Positions 23,080 to 33,025 of a DNA stretch of 64,000 nt are shown here, piece after piece (within the stretch, counting starts at the first letter, position 1; each line of letters opens with the position of its first letter). The notes beneath the pieces are model-generated. The model did no database searches. It worked only from the letters and a program-made list of their open reading frames with translations, and had not been told where the DNA came from. The stretch comes from Candidatus Eiseniibacteriota bacterium (GTDB taxonomy: Bacteria > Eisenbacteria > RBG-16-71-46). The DNA lies in assembly GCA_963776245.1 (NCBI GenBank), contig CAVZLN010000008.1, positions 360,353-424,352 on the forward strand, read 5' to 3'. The translations under genes were made by a program, and so were the position numbers.

Positions 23080-23977
23080 CGCGCGCCACGTAGAGCACGA
23101 AGACCACCATCGCCAGGTAGAGCACCAGCACGATGCCGATCGGCCGGTCGGTGAGCAGCACCTGCGAGGGGTCCTCGCTGGTCTCGGAGACGCGCACCAG
23201 GTAGAGGTAGCGGAAGATGCCGTACGCCACGAACGGCACGGTGTAGAGCAGCGACTCGGTGTGGAACTTGGCGACCGTCGCGGGCCAGATGGTGTAGAGC
23301 GCGTAGGACATCACGCTGGTCGCGGCCGAGATCAGTGAGCATCCCGTCGAGCAGCTCCGGCGTGTAGCGCGACAGCACCGCGCGCTGCGACGAGGCCTCG
23401 TGCGCCGGCGTTGACGAGCTCGCGCCGGCGCTTGCTGAGCGCCAGGAACAGCGCGCCGAAGAACGTGCACACCAGCAGCCACGGCGAGATCTCGGTGTCG
23501 GGCGACGACCGGCCGCAGCAGCTCGACGCCGGCGATGCGCGCGCAGCACGAAGCCGAGCGCGATCGATGAACACGTCGAGGATCACCTGGTGCTTGAGGC
23601 CGAAGGTGTAGGCGAGGTTGATCGCCAGGTAGAGCGCCCGCCACGCCCGCGAACGCGGGCCCCAGCCACCACGACAGCGCCACCACCACCGCCAGGATGC
23701 GGCGGCAGCGCGCCGAGCGCGGCGGCGCGCGGCAGCCGGCCCGAGGCGATCGGGCGGCAGCCGCTTCTTCGGGTGCAGCCGGTCGGCCTCGACGTCGGCG
23801 AGGTCGTTGAGCAGGTACACCGAGCCCGAGAGCAGCGAGAACGCCAGGAAGCCGCCGGCCGCGCGCAGCAGCAGCGCCCGCTCGCCGAGCTGCTGCGAGA
23901 ACAGCAGCCCGACGAACAGCAGCAGGTTCTTCGTCCACTGCTTCGGGCGCAGGGTCTTCGACCAGCGCGAGGATCAC
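23076..23977 (-). pseudogene. UbiA-family polyprenyl-phosphate glycosyl/phosphoribosyl transferase (DPPR-synthase-like), at least 6 frame changes
   Basis: Fragments KTLRPKQWTKNLLLFVGLLF, YLLNDLADVEADRLHPKKRL, RPIASGRLP, LYLAINLAYTFGLKHQVILDVFI, EISPWLLVCTFFGALFLALSKRRRE and VPFVAYGIFRYLYLV lie in different frames. The GTG at 23977 overlaps the gmhA stop. Confidence 0.7.
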
Positions 23978-24645
23978 GGGCGCGCCTCTCCCGCGGCTGC
24001 GCCGCGGTCGCGCGCGCCGCCGGGCGCTCGCGCCGGCGCGGCCCGCTCGACCGGGAACATCGCGCGCTCGACCAGCTCGCAGAACGCGTGGCCCATGGTG
24101 ATGTGCCCCTCCTGGATGTGCGGCGTCGACTCGCTCGGGCGTGACCAGCGCGATGTCGCACATCGCGGCGAAGCGCCGCGCCCTTCGCGCCGGTCATGCC
24201 GATCACGGTCATGCCCAGGGCGTGCGCGCTCTCGACCGCGCGCCGGACGCTCTCCGAGCCGCCGCTGGTGGTGATCGCGACCAGCACGTCGCCGGGCATC
24301 GCCGAGGCCCTCGAGCTGGCGCGAGAACACCTCCTCGTAGCCGTAGTCGTTGCCGATCGCGGTCACCGCCGAGGAGTTGGTGGTGAGCGCGACGGCGGCC
24401 AGCGCCGGGCGGTCGACCAGGTAGCGGCCCGCGAACTCGGCCGCCAGGTGCTGGGCGTCGGCGGCGCTGCCGCCGTTGCCGCAGAAGTACACCGTGCCGC
24501 CGCTCTCGAGGCACGCGATCAGCGCCTCGGCGGCCGCCGCGACCGGCGCGCGTGCACGCCTGCTCGAGCTGCGCAGCGCGGCGCCGCGTCGTGCAGCGCC
24601 GCGCGCGCCGCGCGCTCGAGGGGCCCGCCTGGCCGTCCGCTTCAC
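23974..24645 (-). pseudogene. gmhA: phosphoheptose isomerase (SIS domain), at least 3 frame changes
   Basis: [22 protein letters not shown]...[19 protein letters not shown], then [36 protein letters not shown], then MCDIALVTP, then [23 protein letters not shown], each in a different frame. GGAAGGAG lies upstream of the GTG at 24645. Confidence 0.7.
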
Positions 24646-24669
24646 ACGCGCTCCTTCCCGTCGCCGCGC

Positions 24670-25523
24670 TCAGCGCGCGACGCTCTCGAGGTAGCGGTCC
24701 GCGGCGTCGCGCCAGTGCGGCATGCGCCGCCCGGTCACGTGCCGGAACCATCCGTTGTCCAGCACCGAGTACGCCGGGCGGGGCGCCGGCGCGGCCGAAG
24801 CTGGCGCTGTCGCAGTGCGCGCCACCTCGACCGCGAGGCCCGCGCGCGCCACCAGGTGCGCCGCGAACTCGTGCCAGGTGCAGTCGCCCTCGCTGGTGCA
24901 ATGGTAGGTGCCGAACTGCGCCGCGCTCGACCAGCGCCACCAGCGCCGGCGCCAGGTCCTCGGTCCACGTCGGCGAGCCGCGCTGGTCGTCGACCACGCG
25001 CAGCGGCTCGCCGGCGCGCGCGCGGGCCAGGATGGTGTCGGGGAAGTTCGGCCCGCCCGCGCCGTAGAGCCAGGCGGTGCGCACGACCAGGTGGCGCGGA
25101 TGCACCTCGCGCACCGCCTGCTCGCCCGCCCACTTCGACGCGCCGTAGACGCTGCGCGGCGCGACCGGGTCGTGCTCGCGCCACGGGCGCGCGCCGTCCC
25201 CGCCGAACACGTAGTCGGTGGAGATCGCGAGCACGCCCGCCCCCACCGCGGCCGCGGCCAGCGCCGCGTTGCGGGAGCCCAGCCCGTTGACCAGGAACGC
25301 GCGGTCGGCCTCGCTCTCGCAGTCGTCCACGCGGGTGAACGCCGCCAGGTGGAAGATCCAGTCGGGCCGCGTCGGCGCGCACGAGACGCGCGTCAGCGCC
25401 TCGGCGTCGGTGACGTCGCAATCCGCCTCCGGCGGCGCCGCCACGCGCGTGCCCGGCGCGCTCGAGCGCGGGGATCACCGCGCGGGCCAGCATGCCCGCG
25501 GCGCCGGTGACCAGCGCCTTCAC
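24670..25523 (-). pseudogene. rfbD: dTDP-4-dehydrorhamnose reductase, at least 2 frame changes
   Basis: (GTG)KALVTGAAGMLARAVIPALERAGHA, then DVTDAEAL...IFHLAAFTRVDDCE...YGASKWAGEQAV...VRTAWLYG, then FGTYHCTSEGDCTWHEFA...RPAYSVLDN. GTGA overlap with the upstream stop. Confidence 0.75.
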
Positions 25524-26644
25524 GACAGCTCCACCCGGCTCGAGTCGCCGAGCATCAGCCGGTGCGCGCGCGGCCGCGCGTCGCTGGCGAGCACCACCGC
25601 CTCACGGCCGATCAGGCTCGACTCGATGCGCTGGGGGATGCCGACGATGCGGCTGCGCTCGAGCACGATCGAGTGCTCGATCTCGCAGTGGTCGAGCTCG
25701 ACGCCGTCGGCGATGGCGGTGAACGGCCCGACGTAGGCGTCGCGGATCACCGCGTTCGCGCCGATCGCCAGCGGCCCGCGCAGGCGCGAGCGTTCCACCA
25801 CCGTGCCCGGACCGATGCGCACCAGGCCCTCGACCAGCGTCGCCGCGTCCACCGTGCCGACGATCGCCGGCTCGAGGGCGCCGAGCATCATGCGGTTGCC
25901 CTCGAGCATGTCCTCGACCTTGCCGGTGTCCTTCCACCAGCCGTGGATGACGTGCGAGCGCACCCGCTTGCCGGCGGAGATCAGGTGCTGGATGGCGTCG
26001 GTGATCTCCAGCTCCCCGCGCGCGGAGGGCTTGATCGCGTCCACCGCGTCGAAGATGCATTGGCTGAACAGGTACACGCCCACCAGCGCGAGGTCGCTCT
26101 TGGGCCGCTTCGGCTTCTCCTCGAGCTTCACCACCCGGTCGCCGTCGAGCTCGGCGACGCCGAACTCCCACGGCGTCTTCACGTGGGCGAGCAGGATCTG
26201 CGCGTCGGGCCGCTCGGCCTCGAACTCGCGCACGAAGGGGGTCACGCCGTCCTTGATGAGGTTGTCGCCCAGGTACATGACGAATGGCTCGCCCGCCATG
26301 TAGTCGCGCGCGATGCGGACCGCGTGCGCGAGCCCGAGCGGCGCCTACTGCTCGATGTAGGTGACCGCGAGGCCGAAGCGCGAGCCGTCGCCGACCGCGG
26401 CGCGGATCTCGGCCTGCGAGTTCACCATCACCGTCTGCATCTCCCCGGTGCGGTGGTCGGGACGCAGCATCTCGGTCGGGTCGCTGACGATGATGCCCAC
26501 CTCGCGGATGCCCGCGGCGGCCAGCGCCTCGAGGCCGTAGAACAGCACCGGCTTGTTCGCCACCGGGACGAGCTGCTTGGCGCTGGTGTGCGTGATGGGC
26601 CGCAGCCGCGTGCCGCGGCCGCCGGCGAGGACGAGTGCCTTCAT
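25520..26644 (-). CDS. rfbA: glucose-1-phosphate thymidylyl/nucleotidyl-transferase, long form with LbH C-terminus, interrupted by an in-frame TAG
   Basis: MKALVLAGGRGTRLRPITHTSAKQLVPVANKPVLFYGLEAL...VTYIEQ, then TAG (26345-26347), then APLGLAHAVRIARDYMAGEPFVMYLGDN... in the same frame. The C-terminal part is a left-handed beta-helix. Confidence 0.8.
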
Positions 26645-26664
26645 GTCGATCTCATGGGTTCGGG

Positions 26665-29373
26665 TCAGGCGCCGAGCGCCGTCTGCAGCAGGCGGCGCGC
26701 CTCATCGAGGGCGGCCTCCATCTTCTCCGGTTCCTTCGCGCCCGCGAGCGCCAGGTGCGGCTTGCCGCCCCCCGCGCCGCCGGCCAGCTTCGCGACCTGC
26801 TTGACGAGATCGGACGCGTTCAGCGTCTTGCTCGCGACCAGGTCGTCGGTGACCGCGGCGACGAACGTGAGCTTGCCGCCCGCCCGCAATCCCATCACCA
26901 CCGCTCCGCTCCCGAGGACTCCGCGCATCCGGTCGGCCGCGTCGCGCACCGCGTTGGCGTCGGCGTCGGAGTCGATGGCCGCGACCGCCCAGCGCCCGCG
27001 CGGCCCCGCGACCGCGGAGCGCGCGATGCGCTCCATCTCGGCCTCGAGCCCGCCCCGCCGGGCGTCGGAGGCCGCCTTGCGGAGCGCGGCCAACTCGCCG
27101 CGGAGCCGCTCGATCTGCTCGGGCAGCGCGGCCGGCGTGACCTGCAGGGCGGCCGCGGCCCGTGCCAGCGTCTCGTGCTCCTCGCGCGCCCAGCGCAGAG
27201 TCTCGGCCCCGCACAGCGCCTCGATGCGCCGCACCCCCGCGGCGATGGCGCCCTCGGAGACCACCACGAACGCGCCGATGTCGCCGGTGCGCTCGACGTG
27301 CGTGCCGCCGCACAGCTCGCGGCTCGGCGCGATGCTGTCGTCCTCCACCCCGTCCACCGTGACCATGCGCACCTCGGCGCCGTACTTCTCGCCGAACAGC
27401 GCCATCGCGCCCTGCGCCCGTGCCGCGGCGATGGGCATCACCTGCCACGTCACCGGGCGGTTGCGCAGCACCCACTCGTTCACGATCGCCTCGACCGCCG
27501 CCAGCTGCTCGCGCGTGGGCGCCTCGAAGTGGTGGTAGTCGAAGCGCAGCCGGTCGGGCGCCACCAGCGAGCCCGCCTGGCGCACGTGCTCGCCCAGCGT
27601 GCGGCGCAGCGCCGCGTGCAGCAGGTGGGTGGCGGTGTGGTGGCGCAGCGTCGGGCGCCGGTGCGCCGGATCGACCGTGGCGCGCAACTGGCCCGCGGCG
27701 CCCGCGGCGAGGAGCGCTTCGGGCGCGCCGCTCGCGAGCCGCACGCGGTGGACGATGGCGTCGTGCTCCTTGTACACGTGCGCCAGCGTGGCGCGCGCGC
27801 CGCCGCCCTCGAGCGTGCCGCGGTCGGCGACCTGTCCGCCCGATTCGGCGTAGCACGGCGTGCGGTCGAGCACCAGCTCGAGATCCTCGCCGGACCGGCG
27901 CCAGCGCCGCAGGCGCAGGCCCTCGGCCGCGAGCGTGACGTAGCCGAGGAACTCCGAGTCGGGGCCCTCGCTCACCTCCGTCCACGCCGCGGCGTCCTCG
28001 CCCGGCCCGCGGGCGAACTTGCTCGCGGCGCGCGCGCGGTCGCGCTGTTCGTCCATCGCGCGCTCGAAGCCCTCGCGATCGACCGCGCCGCCGGCCTCGT
28101 GCGCGATCTCCTCGGTGAGCTCGATCGGGAAACCGTAGGTGTCGTGGAGCGCGAACGCGTCCTCGCCCTTCACTCGCTTGGACTCGGCGAGCAGCTTCTC
28201 GAGCCGCGCGAGGACCGGCTTCGAAGGTCTGGACGAAACCGGACTCCTCCTGCTCGATGACCCGCAGCACCGTGTCGCGGCGCTGCCCGAGTTCCGGGTA
28301 ATGCCCGCTGAACAGCCGGATGACCTGCTCCGCGCAGCCCGCGAGGAACGCCTCGCGGAGCCCCAGGCTCGCGCGCGAGCGCCCGCGCGTGACCGAGCGC
28401 CGCAGCAGCCGGCGCAGCACGTAGCCGGCGCCCTCGTTCCCCGGCAGCGCGCCTTCGGCGATCGCGAAGGTCAGCGCACGCACGTGGTCGGCCACGATGC
28501 GCGCGTCGCGGGTGGCCGCCTTGAGGTGCGCCGCGTCGGGGCGCGAGAGGTCGAGCACGTGCTCCACCAGGGCGCGAACAGGTCGGTCTCGAAGATCGTG
28601 TTCTTGCCTTGCAGGATGAGCGCGAGCCGCTCGAGCCCCATGCCGGTGTCGATGCCGGGTCGCGCGAGCGGCTGCAGGGTGCCGTCGGGCTGGGCGTCGA
28701 ACTGCGGGAACACCAGGTTCCAGAACTCCATGTAGCGATCGCCATCGTCCCCGGGCGCCTCGCCCCAGAACGCGCCGTCCGCGAGGTAGGCGGGGCGCTG
28801 CTCGCCGAGGTCGAAGTAGATCTCGCTGCACGGTCCGCACGCGCCGCGGCCGCCCGCGGGGCCCCAGAAGTTGTCCTTGCGGCCGAGGAACACGACGTGG
28901 CTCTCGGGCAGGCCGATCTTCTTCCACAGCGCCACCGCTTCGTCGTCGCGCGGCAGGTTCCCCTCGCCCGCGAACACCGAGGCGTACAGGCGGTCCTTCG
29001 GAAGTCCGAGCGTCGCGGTCACGAACTCCCACGCGAACGCGATGGCCTCGTCCTTGAAGTAGGCGCCCTTCGAGCGCGGCCCGAACGAGAAGTTGCCGAG
29101 CATCTCGAAGAACGTGTCGTGGCGCGGCGTCAGGCCGACGTTGTCGAGGTCGGTCAGCCGCAGGCTCTTCTGCACCGAGGTGGCGCGGGTGTAGGGCACC
29201 TCGCCGGGGGTGGTGTAGTAGGGCTTGAACTGCACCATGCCGGCGGTGGTGAACAGGAGCGTCGGGTCGTTCGGGACCAGCGGGGACGAGGGCACCTCGA
29301 CGTGCCCGTGCCGGACGAAGAAGTCGAGGAATGCGCGACGCAGGTCGGTCGCGGCGCGAAGGGTCGAGGTCAT
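26665..29373 (-). CDS. alaS: alanine--tRNA ligase, reading frame broken twice
   Basis: N-terminus [53 protein letters not shown]...IFETDLF. Middle [11 protein letters not shown]...[17 protein letters not shown]-terminus ...[26 protein letters not shown]...[12 protein letters not shown]...CGGTHV. The shifts lie near 28573-28578 and 28211-28216. Confidence 0.9.
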
Positions 29374-29457
29374 CCGGTCTCCGAAGTCCGATACGCGTCG
29401 TCCCCGGGCGCGGCAAGGCGGTCCGCCGGGGTGGTCATGCGGGGCTTGGACCGTGGC

Positions 29458-29486
29458 AAGATAGAGGATGCGGCGAAGCGGCTCAA
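29458..29486 (-). promoter_or_regulatory. candidate sigma-70 promoter for alaS
   Basis: The minus strand reads TTGAGC-17 nt-TATCTT about 85 nt upstream of the alaS ATG. Confidence 0.35.
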
Positions 29487-29544
29487 TGCGCGGGAGCCGC
29501 CCCCGCCCGATGGAAGCGCCCCGGGCGCGACGATCCCGGGAGCC

Positions 29545-30090
29545 TCAGCCCGCGTCCAGCGCGTCCATCTGCCGGGAGACCTCGTCGAGCTCCTCGGGCT
29601 CGAGCAGCTCGCGCGTCATCGGGAAGAGGATCTGCTCCTCCTTGCCGAAGTGTTCGTCCAGCAGGCGCACGATCTCGGCGCCGCTGGCGAGCAGGGCCGC
29701 CGCGTCGTCACCGGCGGAGGCGAGTCGCTTCAGGCGCTCCCCGCCCGCCACGATGGCCGGGTGCTCGACCTCGTTGAGCTGGCGCAGCGTGGCGCGGAAC
29801 AGCTCGGCCTGCGCGTGGATGGCCCGGTGCTCCGCACGCATGACCACGGTAGGGCCCTCGCTGTCGCCGAGGACGCGTTCGAGCGCGGGGAACAGGGCCT
29901 CGTCCTCGCGCCGCGCGTGCGCCAGCAGCTCGGTCTCGATCACGCGGGCGGTGCCGCGCAGCGCCGGCAACGCCTCGGCGAGCGCGGCCGGACCGCGCTG
30001 CTCCAGCGCGCGCACCGCCACCCGCAGGTCGCCGACCTGGCGCATGATGCCCTGGTGCTCCCACAGGAGGCGTTCGACGGGGTCGCGCAT
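29545..30090 (-). CDS. hemerythrin HHE cation-binding domain protein
   Basis: From the ATG at 30090: MRDPVERLLWEHQGIMRQ...HARREDEALFPALE...MRAEHRAIH...LLDEHFGKEEQILFPM. This is the His/Glu pattern of hemerythrin-like domains. Confidence 0.75.
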   Translation of the reverse strand: MRDPVERLLWEHQGIMRQVGDLRVAVRALEQRGPAALAEALPALRGTARVIETELLAHARREDEALFPALERVLGDSEGPTVVMRAEHRAIHAQAELFRATLRQLNEVEHPAIVAGGERLKRLASAGDDAAALLASGAEIVRLLDEHFGKEEQILFPMTRELLEPEELDEVSRQMDALDAG

Positions 30091-30095
30091 GGGGA

Positions 30096-32441
30096 TCACC
30101 GTACACGCACGACCCGCCCGGCCCAAGTCCTCCCGCCCGCCTGCGCGCGCACCAGGTAGAGCCCGGCGGGGACCGTCGAGCGACGTTCGTCGCGACCGTC
30201 CCACCGGAACTCCCGCGACCCCGCGCCCGCGGGTGCCGCGGTGGCGCGCCACACCCGCCGCCCGCCCACATCGAAGACCTCGACCGTGACCGCGGACGAC
30301 ATCGGTAGCGCGAGCCGGATCGAGACCGTCTCCGCGAACGGATTGGGCTCGATCCGCAGACCAGCGGGCACGGGCGGCGGCGCGGCGCGCGGGACGTCGA
30401 CGAGGCCTTCGCCCATCTGGAGCGCGGCGAAGTGGTTGTTGGAGTTCTCGTAGTTCGTGTGGCCGCCGAACACCAGGGCGCGCTTCCGGATCGGGTCGTA
30501 GGCCGCCGTGCTGGCCCATTGCGGCGCCGCGAACGGCTCGCGCGGATGCAGAGCCCGCCACCCGCCACCCGGGTTCGAGAGGTCGAGCATGGATGTCGCC
30601 TGCGAGGACTCGCCGAACGCCACGAGCCGGTCGTGTGAGACATCGTAGACGAGCGATGCCGGCGGCGGCGATAGCGGCCCTCCGGTGGACACCCGGCTCC
30701 ACGACGGCGATCCATCCAGCGCGAGCGCCCAGGTGTCCGCCGGAAGGTTGCCCCCCGCGATGATCATCCGCCGCCGGACGGGGTCGTAAACGGCGCCATG
30801 CCCCTGGCGACCACCCGGAATCGCGTTGGCCACCGCGAGCGACTCCCATGCCGGCGCCGGCGAGAGATGCAGCACCCAGGTCGCATTGGTGGCGCCCGCC
30901 GCCGTCCGGCCCCCGAAGTAGATCACCCGATCCGCCACCGGATCGTAGATCCCGGAATGCCCGCTCCGAGCGCTGGGCGGGGTGCCGGACACAGCCGGTG
31001 TCGTCCATGTCGGCGTTCCGCTCCCGAATTCGAGGGCATGCAGATCGCCCAGCAGAGTCCCGGGGACGGTGTGTCCGTCGTTGTCCTCGCCGCCGAACAC
31101 GAGCAATCGGTCCCGGAGGGTGTCCATGACAGCCGTGGTTCGATCCCGCCCGAGGAGGCTGGGGTACATGCGCGCCAACTCCTGCCAGCCGGCGAGCGAC
31201 CACGCCCAGACGTCGTCGCGGGATGTGCCGCCACTCCACGGATTCGGCGGCAGCATCTGGATACCGCCGCAGAGGATGAAGCGGTCGCGGGAGGCGTCGT
31301 AGGCCGAAGCCGCGAAGGCACGCCCGATCGGGGGCTGGTCGGTGCCGACGAGCTCCTGCCACCCCGACGGTGGGTCGAGTGACCTGGTGGCGACGAAGGA
31401 CTCCACCACACCGTCAGCCCGCCCCCCCTGCGTGATCAGACGCCGGCGGCGAGAGTCGAAGACGGCGGCATGCCCCCAGACTCCCAGGCCCCATTCGATG
31501 TGAAGCCCCGACGAGTCGGCCAGCGACATCCAAAGATCGGTGCTGAGTGTGTTCGAATGGGAGTACTCCTGCCCACATCCGCCGGTGACGACCATCCGAT
31601 CCCCGACCGGGTCGTAGATGGCGCCCGCCATAGACCGCGGGCCGTCGGGGTGGTTCGACAACGGCAGCAGTCGCTTCCATCCGGTACCCCCGCTCAGAGC
31701 GAACGCCCAGGCGTCGTCCCGGTAGGGGCCATAATACAAATCCATTCCGCCGAAGATCACGACTCGGTCGCGCGGCGGATCGTAGATGACGCACGCTCCG
31801 GCGCGCTCTCCTGCGGCCGGATGCCAACCGCTCAGCGTCGACCAGCAGGCCGTTCCTTGGAGCGGCAGCGCCTTCAGCCTCACCCCGTCGTAGACCACCA
31901 GTCGGTCGCGGACTGGATCGTACAGGCCGGCTATCGTCTGGTCCGGGAAGTCGGTCTCGAAGACCGGCGGCGGGCAGGTGCTGGAGAGGGTCGAGATGCG
32001 CGACCAGGACATCGGCGCGGAGAGTGAGAGCGCCCAGACCACGCTGTCCTCGGGAAACCCGTACAGCAACATGCGGTCGCGCAGCGGATCGATCACCGCG
32101 AATCCACGCTCGAATGCGGTAGGTCCCTGACCCGAGGTCTGCTGCTTCACCCAGAGCGGGGCAGCGCCGCTGAACTCCAGCGCCCAGACGGTCTGCGCGC
32201 CGCCACCGAAAATGAGCATCCGATCCCGTAGCGAGTCGTACACCGCGGCTTGCTGGAAGCGCGGCAGCGGTGGGATCTCCTGCCACCAGCCGTCCTCGCC
32301 CATGACGGGTGGCGTGGTGGCAGCCTGAGTGGACGGTGCCCAGGGCCATGGGGACCGTTGGGCGGCGGCACAGGGCGCCCCGGACGCGGACATCGCGATC
32401 AGGGCGAGCACGACCAGGACGGCCGAGGAGCCCGCGCGCAT
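30096..32441 (-). CDS. secreted 12-blade Kelch-like beta-propeller protein with C-terminal FlgD-Ig/T9SS-type sorting domain
   Basis: GGGAGG lies 7 nt upstream of the ATG at 32441, followed by a signal peptide. Twelve repeats are anchored by D-x-x-R-D-R-hydrophobic-x-x-F/Y-G-G (DSLRDRMLIFGG, DPLRDRMLLYGF, DPVRDRLVVYDG ... DPIRKRALVFGG). The C-terminus reads IEPNPFAETVSIRLALP...VEVFDVGGRRVW...WDGRDE...PAGLYLVRAQAGG. Confidence 0.75.
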   Translation of the reverse strand: MRAGSSAVLVVLALIAMSASGAPCAAAQRSPWPWAPSTQAATTPPVMGEDGWWQEIPPLPRFQQAAVYDSLRDRMLIFGGGAQTVWALEFSGAAPLWVKQQTSGQGPTAFERGFAVIDPLRDRMLLYGFPEDSVVWALSLSAPMSWSRISTLSSTCPPPVFETDFPDQTIAGLYDPVRDRLVVYDGVRLKALPLQGTACWSTLSGWHPAAGERAGACVIYDPPRDRVVIFGGMDLYYGPYRDDAWAFALSGGTGWKRLLPLSNHPDGPRSMAGAIYDPVGDRMVVTGGCGQEYSHSNTLSTDLWMSLADSSGLHIEWGLGVWGHAAVFDSRRRRLITQGGRADGVVESFVATRSLDPPSGWQELVGTDQPPIGRAFAASAYDASRDRFILCGGIQMLPPNPWSGGTSRDDVWAWSLAGWQELARMYPSLLGRDRTTAVMDTLRDRLLVFGGEDNDGHTVPGTLLGDLHALEFGSGTPTWTTPAVSGTPPSARSGHSGIYDPVADRVIYFGGRTAAGATNATWVLHLSPAPAWESLAVANAIPGGRQGHGAVYDPVRRRMIIAGGNLPADTWALALDGSPSWSRVSTGGPLSPPPASLVYDVSHDRLVAFGESSQATSMLDLSNPGGGWRALHPREPFAAPQWASTAAYDPIRKRALVFGGHTNYENSNNHFAALQMGEGLVDVPRAAPPPVPAGLRIEPNPFAETVSIRLALPMSSAVTVEVFDVGGRRVWRATAAPAGAGSREFRWDGRDERRSTVPAGLYLVRAQAGGRTWAGRVVRVR

Positions 32442-32491
32442 CGCGGTTCCTCCCAAGGGGGATGGTCCAGCGGGGGGTCTCGAATGGGATT

Positions 32492-33025
32492 CTACTCCTC
32501 GCCCGGCTCCTCGTCTGCGATCACCAGCGCGCGCCGGATGATATCCCCATCGAAGCCCCGCCGCGCGAGCAGGGCGTAGAGGCGCTGGCGGCGGGTGCGC
32601 TCGTCGAGCTTCGCGTAGCGCCGCGCCGCCTGCTCGAGCGCCTTGCGCGCGGCGTCCAGCTCGCCCGTGGCGCCCTCACGCTCCTCGAGCCGCGCGCGCG
32701 CGATGGCGATGTCGTCGGCACCGATGCCCTTGGCGCGTAATTCGTTCTCGAGCCGGCGCCAGCCCGACATCCGCCGGTGCAGCCGCCCGGCGAGCCAGGC
32801 GCGCGCGAACTCGGCGTCATCCACCAGGCCCACTCCGGTGAGACGGTCGAGCACCTCGGCCACCGTGGCGGCGGCGTAGCCCTTCTCGCGCAGCCGCCGC
32901 GCCAGATCGGCGCGGGTGCGGCGCAGGCGCTCGAGCAGGCGCAACGCCTCCTCGCGGCAGGCAGTGGGGTCGGTGAGCGGCTCGGCCCCGGGATCGCGCC
33001 GCGTCGGCCGGCGCGTGGCGGTCAT
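32492..33025 (-). CDS. recX: recombination regulator RecX
   Basis: From the ATG at 33025: ...[55 protein letters not shown]..., three-helix repeats typical of RecX. ATGA overlap with the upstream stop. Confidence 0.85.
   Translation of the reverse strand: MTATRRPTRRDPGAEPLTDPTACREEALRLLERLRRTRADLARRLREKGYAAATVAEVLDRLTGVGLVDDAEFARAWLAGRLHRRMSGWRRLENELRAKGIGADDIAIARARLEEREGATGELDAARKALEQAARRYAKLDERTRRQRLYALLARRGFDGDIIRRALVIADEEPGEE

Noticed and set aside
26440-26505. Extra ~20 residues (PTEMLRPDHRTGEMQTVMVNSQ) in the N-terminal domain of the rfbA-like enzyme relative to typical homologues, considered as a possible inserted element or mini-intein.
   Set aside because: It is too short for an intein. 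It is in frame with GC3 as high as the rest of the gene. It is most simply a lineage-specific loop, or a pair of compensating indels in this error-rich zone.
18145-29373. Programmed ribosomal frameshifting or recoding as an explanation for the many frame breaks.
   Set aside because: There are too many, in unrelated genes, with no shared slippery motif at the junctions I resolved. Error or decay is far more likely.
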